A stretch of 38,988 nt of DNA, from positions 1 through 38,988 of IMG/VR virus record IMGVR_UViG_3300017589_000105; one strand, written 5' to 3'. The DNA is from a virus. Its lineage: Duplodnaviria > Caudoviricetes. The notes beneath the pieces are model-generated. The model made no database searches, was not told where the DNA came from, and saw nothing but the letters and a program-made list of their open reading frames with translations. A program made the position numbers and the translations under genes. Below are positions 19,198-28,480 of this stretch, one piece after another. Every line of letters starts with the position of its first letter. Position 1 is the first letter of the stretch.

Positions 19198-21968
19198 TGG
19201 TACTGGAGAATTTTTTAATAGATGCGGATATATTATGGGATCGTGTTGGGAAGAAGTTGAAGGAAAACCCAGAAGCACGCGCCGGTAGAAAGATGCGCGT
19301 GAAAGTAATAAACGGCGGTATCGTTGAGGATTTGACCGGATACACCCTAAACCTAGGGTGGCAGAGTTCGATTGATGAAACGAAGTTCGGCTTGGATGCT
19401 TTCGAGGCTGTTGATATTTCGGAAGGAATATTCGAAATTGCTTACACGTCTGGCATGTTGTCAAATTATGGCCGTTTGGTAGGTACGTTGCAGCTTGTCC
19501 CAACAACTGGACAACCGATTGAATCAAATAATTTCAACATCCTGGTTAAAAAGAGCGCAATCAATCCAGAAGCAATACAGGGCGAGACTAGTTTTAGCAC
19601 ATTGGAGAATGCGCTCGTGGAAGTGAATGACTGGAATGCGCGGATTGATGTGGTGGAGCAGGATTTTAAGGATCGGGCGGATGCTTTGGATGGGGCTTAT
19701 CCAGTGAGGCTTACAGCTGCAGAACAGTCAGTAGCGGCCGTTGAAGCGCAAGTGGATCTATTGAATCGCGGGCTAGGGGAAACAATGCCGACTATGGCTT
19801 CGTTACTATCAACATATCCTACAGGTGACACTCGGGATCATATTGTAGCTGGAAATATTGCCGAGGTTGATACGCTGACGGTAACGGCAATTCCGACAGC
19901 GGCCGGAAATATCACCATCACACTCAACGGTGTCGCCAAAACAGTAGCGGTTGACTCCGCAGTACAGTCGACAACCGCTTTAGTAGCCACAGCAATCCGA
20001 GCTGCAGTTTACACAGGCTGGACAACCGGAGGTACTGGATCAGTTGTAACATTCACAGCCACTACTGTCGGGACCAGAACCGCTCCTGTATTTAGCGCCG
20101 GAACTACTGGCACGACTGGAACATTTGCAAGAACTGCAATCGGAGAGGCTGCTAACTTCCACCGTTATTTCTGGAATGATACCGCTTGGACGGACGGGGG
20201 CGCTTATCAAGCAATTGAACCTGCATCGCGTTCGATAGTTGGTTCGCATTTGAGTAGAGGATTCACGAGTAGACCTAACATTGATGGAGCTTCAGGAGGA
20301 GACTTGAACACGGCTATTGATACCGGTACGTATTTGTTTCTGAATAGTCCGCTTAATAGACCTAGTGGATTTTCAGGCGCATCAGGATTCATAGTATCTA
20401 ACACTTCAAACGAACGATGGGTTATTCAAAATCTATATGACTACAGTGACGCAGCTATACAATATATTCGTCGCATAGACTTGAATCCAGTAGGCGCACC
20501 TACTTTTGGCGCATGGAAGAAGTTACTGACTGATGCAGTACCTGACGGTTCAATCACAAACGCAAAGCTAGCTAATGGTTCAGTAACAGCAGCTAAATTA
20601 TCTAGCAATTATGACTACAAGTCACAACTAAATTCCTCAACAGATTTGAGCACTATTCTAACTGCAGGCTCATACCTATGTATTGGCGACATGGTAAATG
20701 CTCCGGCAGACTATTCTACAATGGGTTCAGGTAGGTTGATTGTCAATGTAGTAGGTAGTGACTCAAGGTGGGTTCTACAGACGATTTCGCAACTTAATGA
20801 CCCGACGGTTTCATGGGTTAGGGCGCTAGACATACAGAACCTAGGCAGCGAAAAGGCGTGGACTAGAAACACTATAGGTCTATATAACTTAGTGACTAGA
20901 CCTATGCTTGATAGTAACTACGGTTGGAACGGCGTACCTACAGATTTTGGTATTGTAGACTTGAATGAGCTAACCACTGAAGGTAGTTGGGTAAGTCAAG
21001 AATATATAGCTAACCAACCGGCTGAAGCCACATCTACTTCAGCATTCATAACTGTCACACCTATGGGCTCATTCTACATTCAAGAGTACACAGAGTATGC
21101 TCCTACCTTGGATTATACAAATATATGGAGACGAGTAATTAGGCCGTCAACTTCAGTGTATAGCAACTGGGTCAAACTAAAGGTAGGTGAGTCGTTAGTC
21201 ACTTACCCATACCCAGCACTCGTGGGAGAGCAAATTGTAAACTTCGGTGACAGCATTTTTGGAAACTTTGATGGCGCTGACAGTATTAGCTCATTTATAA
21301 CATCAATTGCAGATTGTACCTCAATAAACGTCGGTTTCGGTGGGTGCCGAATGGCGCAGCATACTACCTTCTGGGATGCGTTCAGTATGTACCGATTAGT
21401 CGACGCGATAATTACTCGTGACTTTTCAATTCAGGACGCTGCCATCATTGCAGGCGCAGGCGTTATTCCTAGCTACTTTGCAAGTAGGCTAGAGCGATTG
21501 AAGGCCATAGATTTTAGTACTATCGGCTATATAACTGTAGCTTATGGAACGAATGACTATACTGCAGGATTGTTACTTGAGAACTTATCCAACTTAGAGG
21601 ACACAACTAAGTTCAACGGAGCGTTGAGATATTCATTGCGCCGACTTTACGAAGCATTTCCTCATTTGAAGATTCTAGTATGCACACCTACATATAGATT
21701 CTGGTCAAACCCTGACACTACATTTAAAGAGGACAGCGATACTAAATTCTACAACTCAGCTAGTAACACTCTTCCCAATTTCGTAGAAAATGCGATTTCA
21801 GTTTCAAGAGAGACTAAGACTCCTGTATTAGATAACTATTTTGAGCTAGGGGTAAACAAGTATAACCGACTGCAATTCTTTACGACCGCTGACGGAACTC
21901 ATCCCATTGCGACTGGTAGAGAGAAGATGGCAAGAAAAATATGCAGTGCTTTAATAACTCATTTCTAA
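19197..21968 (+). CDS. BppU-like baseplate/receptor-binding fibre with knob repeats and C-terminal SGNH esterase
   Basis: BppU-like N-terminus; three DLN..G.Y...P repeats; FGDS, GTND and DGTH SGNH blocks. Confidence 0.85.
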   Translation: MVLENFLIDADILWDRVGKKLKENPEARAGRKMRVKVINGGIVEDLTGYTLNLGWQSSIDETKFGLDAFEAVDISEGIFEIAYTSGMLSNYGRLVGTLQLVPTTGQPIESNNFNILVKKSAINPEAIQGETSFSTLENALVEVNDWNARIDVVEQDFKDRADALDGAYPVRLTAAEQSVAAVEAQVDLLNRGLGETMPTMASLLSTYPTGDTRDHIVAGNIAEVDTLTVTAIPTAAGNITITLNGVAKTVAVDSAVQSTTALVATAIRAAVYTGWTTGGTGSVVTFTATTVGTRTAPVFSAGTTGTTGTFARTAIGEAANFHRYFWNDTAWTDGGAYQAIEPASRSIVGSHLSRGFTSRPNIDGASGGDLNTAIDTGTYLFLNSPLNRPSGFSGASGFIVSNTSNERWVIQNLYDYSDAAIQYIRRIDLNPVGAPTFGAWKKLLTDAVPDGSITNAKLANGSVTAAKLSSNYDYKSQLNSSTDLSTILTAGSYLCIGDMVNAPADYSTMGSGRLIVNVVGSDSRWVLQTISQLNDPTVSWVRALDIQNLGSEKAWTRNTIGLYNLVTRPMLDSNYGWNGVPTDFGIVDLNELTTEGSWVSQEYIANQPAEATSTSAFITVTPMGSFYIQEYTEYAPTLDYTNIWRRVIRPSTSVYSNWVKLKVGESLVTYPYPALVGEQIVNFGDSIFGNFDGADSISSFITSIADCTSINVGFGGCRMAQHTTFWDAFSMYRLVDAIITRDFSIQDAAIIAGAGVIPSYFASRLERLKAIDFSTIGYITVAYGTNDYTAGLLLENLSNLEDTTKFNGALRYSLRRLYEAFPHLKILVCTPTYRFWSNPDTTFKEDSDTKFYNSASNTLPNFVENAISVSRETKTPVLDNYFELGVNKYNRLQFFTTADGTHPIATGREKMARKICSALITHF

Positions 21969-22018
21969 TGATTTCGATTCGATTAAAAATATAATTATTT
22001 TATTGAATCATGTACTCA

Positions 22019-22046
22019 GAAGGTTGTCCATCCGGGCAGCCTTTTA
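22019..22046 (+). terminator. Intrinsic terminator
   Basis: AAGGTTGTCC-ATCC-GGGCAGCCTT followed by TT. Confidence 0.7.
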
Positions 22047-22155
22047 CATAACCTGGAGCAGCCGATTGGTTCCTCTTTTGATTTGCTAAAAGTAAGTAAT
22101 TTTAATAAGCCAACTCATGATATAATAATTTCACAATAGAGAAAAGGGTGATTTA

Positions 22156-22383
22156 ATGAGTGAATTAAAAGATCGATACAGAGAAGAAATTGATGCTATT
22201 ACACAAAAATTAGACTTAATTGCTATGTCGAGGAGTATTGACACAACTGGGCAAGGTGTGAAGGTTACTACAGAAGCAGGTAATGTGAAGACCCTTTTTT
22301 TTGAATTAATTGATCAAATTGAAAGTGGTAAACCGTCTTCATCTGAGAAAAAGCAGAAGATAGTAACAGAGACGAAATCTTAA
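22156..22383 (+). CDS. Small hypothetical moron
   Basis: Extended -10 TGaTATAAT at 22118-22126; AAGGGTGA RBS. Confidence 0.7.
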   Translation: MSELKDRYREEIDAITQKLDLIAMSRSIDTTGQGVKVTTEAGNVKTLFFELIDQIESGKPSSSEKKQKIVTETKS

Positions 22384-22440
22384 CCTAAGCTGTATATTGG
22401 TTGTAAACAAGCAGTACCAAAATAGTGAAAATATACAAAA

Positions 22441-22473
22441 GAAGGCTGTCGAGCAAAAATCGGCAGCCTTTTA
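22441..22473 (+). terminator. Intrinsic terminator
   Basis: AAGGCTGTCGA...TCGGCAGCCTT followed by TT. Confidence 0.7.
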
Positions 22474-22497
22474 ATTATGCAATGAGGAGCGTGTAAA

Positions 22498-23007
22498 ATG
22501 ACTGAAATATTGGATTTGCTAAAAGGTCAGCTTTCGAAAATGAACGTGGACGGTTCTTGGATATTCGGGGTGGTATCGGGTGGCTTGACCATCGCTATCC
22601 CCCAGTGGATTTTCAAATCAGAGTGGAGCATGAATCACACTGTATTAATCAGCATTCTAATCGGGGTCATCGGCATGGAATGGATTGTCGGCAGTCGCCT
22701 GGCCACAAAGTCGCCAGTTCAAAAAAATTCCAGTTCGGTGGCGATTGACTCTGCGATCAGAGACGTGATCATCATCGGGATGTGCGCAGCCGGATATGGT
22801 TTTGATTTCTTGTTCAATACTGGAAGCGTGATTTTTGTGATTATCACAGCTGCCTTCATCTATCACAATTTTTATTCGTTGGTGGCAAATTTCGCAGTCC
22901 TGGGCTGGGAAAAACATTTCCCTATGTGGTTACTTAACTGGTTGGATAATGAGATTGCAGCCAAAAAAGACAAGTATTTTCCGGTCAGAAATAAGGAGGA
23001 AAAATGA
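22498..23007 (+). CDS. Holin (Phage_holin_4-like)
   Basis: 3-4 hydrophobic segments, basic C-terminus, immediately before the lysin. Confidence 0.8.
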   Translation: MTEILDLLKGQLSKMNVDGSWIFGVVSGGLTIAIPQWIFKSEWSMNHTVLISILIGVIGMEWIVGSRLATKSPVQKNSSSVAIDSAIRDVIIIGMCAAGYGFDFLFNTGSVIFVIITAAFIYHNFYSLVANFAVLGWEKHFPMWLLNWLDNEIAAKKDKYFPVRNKEEK

Positions 23008-23975
23008 TGGCTTATACAATTAATGACAGACGTTCATCCGCGTTGGGCGGCCAAAGCAAGGACCGTAACCGATCGGCAATCACAACAATCGTATGGCATT
23101 ATTCGGCAGTCATGCGCAAGGTCCGAAAATTCATCACTGGACATGAAGAATATTGGAAAAACACGCTTGGTTGGGACCGAGGCGGTTATCACTTCTATAT
23201 CGATGCCGATGGTAACATCTGGCAAAACTATGATTATGAACGAATTACATGGGGTGTGTACAATAATAACGGTTACTGCTTGCATATTAGTGTCGAGGCC
23301 GGAAACGGCAATGATTACTCACAAGCGCAAATTGATGCACGTGAGTGGCTGACGCGTAAAATCATGGCTGACTTGAGCGTGCCAGCAAGCAAGGTTAAGG
23401 GTCACTGGGAAGTTTATAATAATTCGGCTTGTCCTGGATATACAAAAGCACAAATGGACGTGTTCCGCGCAACCTTGGCACAACCATCACAAGTCGCAGC
23501 TCCTGCTCCGATCATTCAAACACGCGTGCCGGTCAGCTATGACGCGACAGTAACCAGCGGCGGATATTCAATTGATAGCAAGCCGTGGGGCGAGCCTGGT
23601 ATGATTAATTGGGGTGTAACAGATGCGCAGGTTGGGAAGAAATTCTATTTTTACGAAGAAAACGAATCAGGCGAGTATGCGAATGCGAAAGGCGTTGGCT
23701 GGCTCGATAAGCGGGCTATCCAAAAGGATAAAGTTGTTGTCGCCTCCGTTTTACATCTTCCAAATGGTAAAAACTGGACAACATACCCAACGGAAGGGCC
23801 ATACACTGCCGGTGACGTAATTTCTTTAGAAGGCGCAAACGGGGAGTCAGCCTATACCGTGCTAGGGGAACGCAACGGCGGGAAAGTTTTAATCGTCGAG
23901 CTTGAAAATTTTGGCCGTGTCGGGATTTATTTTGATCCGGACAAAGGAGCGGTAATCGAGAAACGTTTTGCATAA
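23004..23975 (+). CDS. Endolysin: Amidase_2 N-acetylmuramoyl-L-alanine amidase with GW-like binding domain
   Basis: VWHYS, GYHFYID, GHWE...ACPG Zn-site motifs; SIDSKPWG...GWLDKRA GW-like motif. Confidence 0.9.
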   Translation: MMAYTINDRRSSALGGQSKDRNRSAITTIVWHYSAVMRKVRKFITGHEEYWKNTLGWDRGGYHFYIDADGNIWQNYDYERITWGVYNNNGYCLHISVEAGNGNDYSQAQIDAREWLTRKIMADLSVPASKVKGHWEVYNNSACPGYTKAQMDVFRATLAQPSQVAAPAPIIQTRVPVSYDATVTSGGYSIDSKPWGEPGMINWGVTDAQVGKKFYFYEENESGEYANAKGVGWLDKRAIQKDKVVVASVLHLPNGKNWTTYPTEGPYTAGDVISLEGANGESAYTVLGERNGGKVLIVELENFGRVGIYFDPDKGAVIEKRFA

Positions 23976-24020
23976 AAAATGACCCTGCCGCTTAAGAGAG
24001 ATAGGGTCGTTCGTGTATAT

Positions 24021-24119
24021 AAAAAAATGAGCCCTAACGAATGGTAAACGTTAGGGCGGAGAAGTAGAGTTAACTACCTATGAACTTACATTTTATCACT
24101 AACTAATGATAAATAGCAA
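24021..24119 (-). ncRNA. Candidate ~60-nt small RNA with its promoter
   Basis: TTGCTA-18-TAAAAT with extended TG; 9-bp hairpin at 24031-24057 followed by a U tract on the minus strand. Confidence 0.45.
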
Positions 24120-24146
24120 ATGAAAAATGAAATACATTTAAATGCG

Positions 24147-24201
24147 TATAGTATAAGTGAGGCTGGTATTTATCCCCCCAAGGTTAACCAGTCTCATTTT
24201 T
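24147..24201 (+). ncRNA. Candidate ~45-nt hairpin RNA with C-rich loop
   Basis: TATAGT -10; TGAGGCTGGT...ACCAGTCTCA stem then TTTTT; loop contains TCCCCC. Confidence 0.35.
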
Positions 24202-24547
24202 AGTTCGTAAAAATTGGCTATGAGGTTAGTTTCTTGCTTCCTGCTAAATTTTCCGATTTAGAACTCGTCATCAGATTTGGAATTCATCATCAAAGGTTAC
24301 AAAGGAAACCATATCGTGGTCATTGATACCCAATATTTTTGACATATTGGGATTTATGAGGTTTCTGGTACAGGAGCAGTTCTCAAGCAGCATTGGGCAG
24401 ACGTAGAATATTGATTGAATTACAAAAGCCCTATTCTATTGAAGCTTGGGGCGTCTATGTTTAAATATTTTATTAATTAAACTTGCAAAAGTATATGAAA
24501 AGTAGGAAAATTAAGCAAATATGTTTTGTTGTGTAAGGAGAAAAAAT

Positions 24548-25051
24548 ATGAAAAGAGAAATGGGTAAAATTTTTGTGAAATATTTATCCGGAGGAAAAGA
24601 TATTGTCACAATCCCCTATAATCCATCTATTGAAACAGACTATTATGCTTTTATTAAACGAAATTATGAGAATGAGACTATTCAGTTTATATTAACATCA
24701 GAAATTATGGTTAAGTTATTAGAACACTATTTTTTAGATCGTAAATGTATAATTTCAAATATCGAATTTATGGAAGATGATGAGGCTTTAAGAAGTAGAA
24801 TTGATGAGATTTTAAATTTGCTTAAAGATGATAGAGGGTACTTTTCTGAATTGATTAGTGAGATAGATTTTCTTTCTTATGATTCTTCTATCGATATCAA
24901 AAGAATGGAATTTAAGTGTAAACGTGCAGAAGCTGGTAAAAGTAGTAGAATAATGTTTCAAGTGAATGGTATATTTGAAATAGATGCAGACAATTATGAG
25001 TCAGAATCGAAAAATATAGAGCTGTTTTTGAGGTCTCTCTATGATCGCTAG
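24548..25051 (+). CDS. Accessory operon gene 1, soluble hypothetical protein
   Basis: AAGGAG RBS before ATG 24548; AT-rich. Confidence 0.85.
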   Translation: MKREMGKIFVKYLSGGKDIVTIPYNPSIETDYYAFIKRNYENETIQFILTSEIMVKLLEHYFLDRKCIISNIEFMEDDEALRSRIDEILNLLKDDRGYFSELISEIDFLSYDSSIDIKRMEFKCKRAEAGKSSRIMFQVNGIFEIDADNYESESKNIELFLRSLYDR

Positions 25052-25703
25052 GCTATTAAAGTATAAAAAAACAATTGCGTTATTAAAGACGATTTTTCTA
25101 ACAATTATAAGTTTGATATTAGTAAAATATTTTAATTTTTTTTCTGCAATATCTCTTATTCCTGATGATGATGTTTTTTCTTTTGGCATTACATTTTATT
25201 TATCTATTCTCGAGGTAACGTGGCAACTAATTTCAGGAATTATTCAAGATAAATACATATCAAAAATAAATATTTCCCTTGCAAATTCAAAAAAATCAAA
25301 AACTGACAAAGAAGATGTCTTTTGTGCATTCCCTACGTTGGACACAGCATATATATTTGGAGAAATCGAAATATATTGTATGCCAAAATCATTGAGAAAG
25401 ATGAATATATTGATAGTATTTCCCTCTTGGGTTATAGTACAACCAAATTCGATAGAAGATTCAGTTATTGAGGTAATAGGGCCACACGTATGTAAATTAA
25501 ATTTGAGTAGCTTGATAGACGATGAAATCACTGAACGAGTCATAAGTAAATATAAATTTAAATTAGATTTACTAAAAAATGTATCTGAGTCTACTGATAG
25601 GGAAGATAAAGTTGAATGTAGATTAGAATATACTGATACTAGCATGTCTAATCCGCTTAACGAGTTTGTTGTTAATAACAGAATTTTTATGAAAAGTAAT
25701 TAA
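25041..25703 (+). CDS. Accessory operon gene 2, two-TM membrane protein with beta-rich C-domain
   Basis: Two N-terminal hydrophobic helices; overlaps gene 1. Confidence 0.85.
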   Translation: MIARLLKYKKTIALLKTIFLTIISLILVKYFNFFSAISLIPDDDVFSFGITFYLSILEVTWQLISGIIQDKYISKINISLANSKKSKTDKEDVFCAFPTLDTAYIFGEIEIYCMPKSLRKMNILIVFPSWVIVQPNSIEDSVIEVIGPHVCKLNLSSLIDDEITERVISKYKFKLDLLKNVSESTDREDKVECRLEYTDTSMSNPLNEFVVNNRIFMKSN

Positions 25704-25718
25704 TAGTTGGAGGGAAAT

Positions 25719-26621
25719 ATGGCCACAACCAGATGGAAAGATAACGAATCAACAAATATTATAGAAGTTATAAACAAAATAATTTCCCCAAAAGAAAACT
25801 TAGATAGATATATAAATATTCACACTACTAAATATTTTGAGGAAAATCAAACCGCAATGTTTGGTGGTAGAAATATCACATTTAACTATATTAGTTATTC
25901 ATTTGATTTCATCCGTTTTGGGAATGAATCAATTGAAGATCGTACAACTAGAAACACTGGATTTATAATTGTTTATTTTAATGGAACTAGTATAAATTAT
26001 ATTATAAATCGTAACTCAGATGCAAAAAGAGTTTTAAGAATACTAGTTGGATATACAGGGCAAAATGAAATACAAGAAAATAATATTGATATTAAAAGTG
26101 ATTTTTTTGTTTGGTTAATAAGTAAAGTATTTAAGTCAGAAAACTCTTTAATTATAGATGAGAATGATAAAACCATTGTTATTGATACTATAAAAGGGTT
26201 CAAAGGCGATTCGGCAGATGAGCTGACAAAAATTTCAGCTGATGGACGAAGTGTTATGAATATTATTAGTACACTTTCTTTCATCTTAGAGAGTAGTTTA
26301 TTAAATCAGATAAAAATAGATATTGAATATTTAAACCATGAGAATATTGAATTAATATTGAGCACTAGAAATACAATTAGTACTTTGCTTAAGGAATATG
26401 ATGGTGATTATGATGAATTTACTATAGAAAAACACACATCATTTTTATTCTTACTAATTTATTTAGAAATAATGCCAGCTATTTACCAAATTTATCAAAT
26501 TGAAATTGAAAATGGAGATTGGGGTACCAGCAAATACAGAGAATTTCTTAACTTAGTTGCTGGTAAGTTACAAGAAAATGTTACACATAAACTTGAACAA
26601 CTCGGAGTTGATATAGAATAA
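25719..26621 (+). CDS. Accessory operon gene 3, soluble hypothetical protein (~300 aa)
   Basis: GGAGG RBS before ATG 25719; AT-rich. Confidence 0.88.
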   Translation: MATTRWKDNESTNIIEVINKIISPKENLDRYINIHTTKYFEENQTAMFGGRNITFNYISYSFDFIRFGNESIEDRTTRNTGFIIVYFNGTSINYIINRNSDAKRVLRILVGYTGQNEIQENNIDIKSDFFVWLISKVFKSENSLIIDENDKTIVIDTIKGFKGDSADELTKISADGRSVMNIISTLSFILESSLLNQIKIDIEYLNHENIELILSTRNTISTLLKEYDGDYDEFTIEKHTSFLFLLIYLEIMPAIYQIYQIEIENGDWGTSKYREFLNLVAGKLQENVTHKLEQLGVDIE

Positions 26622-26850
26622 TCTTGTAGCAATATTGAGTGGATTGTTAATTTAAAAGCATTCTAATATAAATAAGAAAACCATATCAAAATCGGATTCC
26701 AAGCCATCTCAATATGGTCATCTTTATCTATGAGCTAAGATAATTTTTTAAGTTTATTCTAGCAAATACTCTATCAATTCCTCATTAGTGATCGCACGCA
26801 ACATCTTTGCCTTTTCAAATTGTTTAGGATTGTTATCAAAGTCAGCAAAC

Positions 26851-26872
26851 TTTTCCAACATTTTTCCAACAT
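26851..26872. repeat. Integrase arm-type sites, left arm of attP
   Basis: TTTTCCAACAT twice in tandem. Confidence 0.7.
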
Positions 26873-27008
26873 CTCTTCCATAATATACTGAATTCTAGTG
26901 ATGCGATATGAATCAAAACGATAAATTACTTCCGTAAAATAATGCGCGGTATCAAGTGTTTCCGAAACTATATGAAGTTGATTGATTCTGCTTGATATGC
27001 GTGGTCTA

Positions 27009-27050
27009 CAAGAAGCCTTCATGGCCGTGCTGAAGATGGACGAGGACTAG
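27009..27050 (+). other. lepA: attP core region carrying the 3' end of host lepA (EF4)
   Basis: Translates QEAFMAVLKMDED*, matching the Bacilli LepA C-terminus (VEVPQEAFMAVLKMD); lies between arm repeats next to int. Confidence 0.85.
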
Positions 27051-27070
27051 AAGGTTGTTGTATCAACCTT
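27051..27070 (+). terminator. Hairpin after the lepA fragment
   Basis: AAGGTTG-TTGTAT-CAACCTT; no clear U tract. Confidence 0.45.
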
Positions 27071-27099
27071 ACTAGCCCGTTCCAATCCTTCAGAATAGT

Positions 27100-27144
27100 A
27101 TTTTTCACACATTTTTCACACATCATTTAAAAAATGTGTGAAAA
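27100..27144. repeat. Integrase arm-type sites, right arm of attP
   Basis: ATTTTTCACAC twice in tandem plus inverted ATGTGTGAAAA. Confidence 0.75.
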
Positions 27145-27149
27145 GTTCA

Positions 27150-28286
27150 TCAGAAATCCTGCGAGATGCGGTCGAATAATTCGGCCGTGTCTCGCTTTTT
27201 CTTTTTGGTCAGATGGATGTAGGTGTCCGATGTGATCGCAGCGCGTGAATGTCCTAAGCGGACCTGGACTTCCTTGATCGTTGCACCGTTCTCCAGCAAC
27301 ATAGTCCCGTGCGTATGCCGGAAAGAATGGAAGTTGAAGTCTACGCCGCTGATTTCGCGAACCTTGCCGACGTGCCACTTGATGGAATTCGGGGTAACGG
27401 GCGCGCCGTCTTCTTTGGTGCAGACAAAGTTTGATTCTTTATAGAACGGCCCATAACGCAGGCGGTTCTCTTTTTGCTGTTTCTGATGTTTCCTGAGAAT
27501 TCCATATAAAGCCTCGCCAAAAGGTATTTCTCGATAGCTGGATGCCGTTTTGGGAGATGTAACTGCTATTTCTCCGCCTTTATGGATCATCGTTGCTTCA
27601 ACATGAATGATTTTGTCCTCCATATCCACGTTTTTCCACTCCAGGGCGCAAACTTCACCGCGCCGCATGCCTGTGTAATAAGCAATCATCATCGGAATAT
27701 AGAACGCACTTGCTTCCGGAACTGCCATTCGCAGTTTGCTCCAATCTTCCCGGCTGATGATCTTCATTTCATCTTTCGACAACTTCCTTTTTTCAAAGCG
27801 GGGCGATTCCACATAAGCCATCGGATTTTCCTTCAGGAACATATACGGATAGACAGCCTTACGAAAAGCGTTCTTCAGGACGGAGGTCACAATGCTGATC
27901 GTTTTCTGGGCGTAGCCTTTCCGAAACTCTTCATGGACCAAGTTCTGAAGGATAGATGGATCTACTTCCCTGAGATAGTATTTGTCCAGGTAGGGCAGGA
28001 TGTGCTTGTCGATCACCATGCGATAATTCTGCTGGGTGTTGTATTTTAAATTTGTCATAACATAGTTCTCGTACCAATACTCAAAGAAATCCCGCACCGA
28101 AATATTCGATACATCTTTATAGCGTCCAGTGTCTTTCAATTCGTTGATGGCTTTGCGCAGGGCGTTCTCCGCGTCTTCGTAAGTGAGTCCTCCGAATCGC
28201 TCGATCTGCCGCCGCTTGCCATCCACTTTTGGGAGATCGAGGGTGTAATAATAATTCTTACCTCTTTTTCGGATGGTACCTCTCAT
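27150..28286 (-). CDS. int: Tyrosine integrase
   Basis: TGMRRGE, HSFRHT, LGHS and TYIH catalytic motifs; AGGAG RBS supports the MRGTIRK start. Confidence 0.97.
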   Translation of the reverse strand: MRGTIRKRGKNYYYTLDLPKVDGKRRQIERFGGLTYEDAENALRKAINELKDTGRYKDVSNISVRDFFEYWYENYVMTNLKYNTQQNYRMVIDKHILPYLDKYYLREVDPSILQNLVHEEFRKGYAQKTISIVTSVLKNAFRKAVYPYMFLKENPMAYVESPRFEKRKLSKDEMKIISREDWSKLRMAVPEASAFYIPMMIAYYTGMRRGEVCALEWKNVDMEDKIIHVEATMIHKGGEIAVTSPKTASSYREIPFGEALYGILRKHQKQQKENRLRYGPFYKESNFVCTKEDGAPVTPNSIKWHVGKVREISGVDFNFHSFRHTHGTMLLENGATIKEVQVRLGHSRAAITSDTYIHLTKKKKRDTAELFDRISQDF

Positions 28287-28323
28287 TTTAAAGCACTCCT
28301 TTTGGATTTTTATTATCAAAATA

Positions 28324-28337
28324 CAAACGTATGTTCT
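28324..28337. promoter_or_regulatory. LexA (Cheo) box-like site upstream of int
   Basis: AGAACATACGTTTG on the minus strand, one mismatch to GAAC-N4-GTTC. Confidence 0.55.
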
Positions 28338-28480
28338 TTTTGTTTGTTAAAGAAAAGCCTTTCTGGAAGGCTTCCTGATACACCGCTTTCGCTTTTGTCA
28401 GTGAGAGTGGTGATTTTAATTGCTAAAAAATTGCACTCTGTTATGCTAAGTATATAACAGATGAGGATGGTGAATTATTA

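Noticed and set aside
24210-24414. Protein-like fragments (IIKGYKGNHIVVIDTQYF*HIGIYEV...) suggesting a decayed gene
   Set aside because: No start, RBS or recognisable family; cannot be supported without a search
26899-26910. 12-nt complementarity between attP (TGATGCGATATG) and the candidate sRNA at 29897-29908
   Set aside because: A 12-nt match is plausible by chance in a 39-kb genome
26774-27022. 82-aa minus-strand ORF
   Set aside because: It runs across the attP core and arm sites; probably spurious
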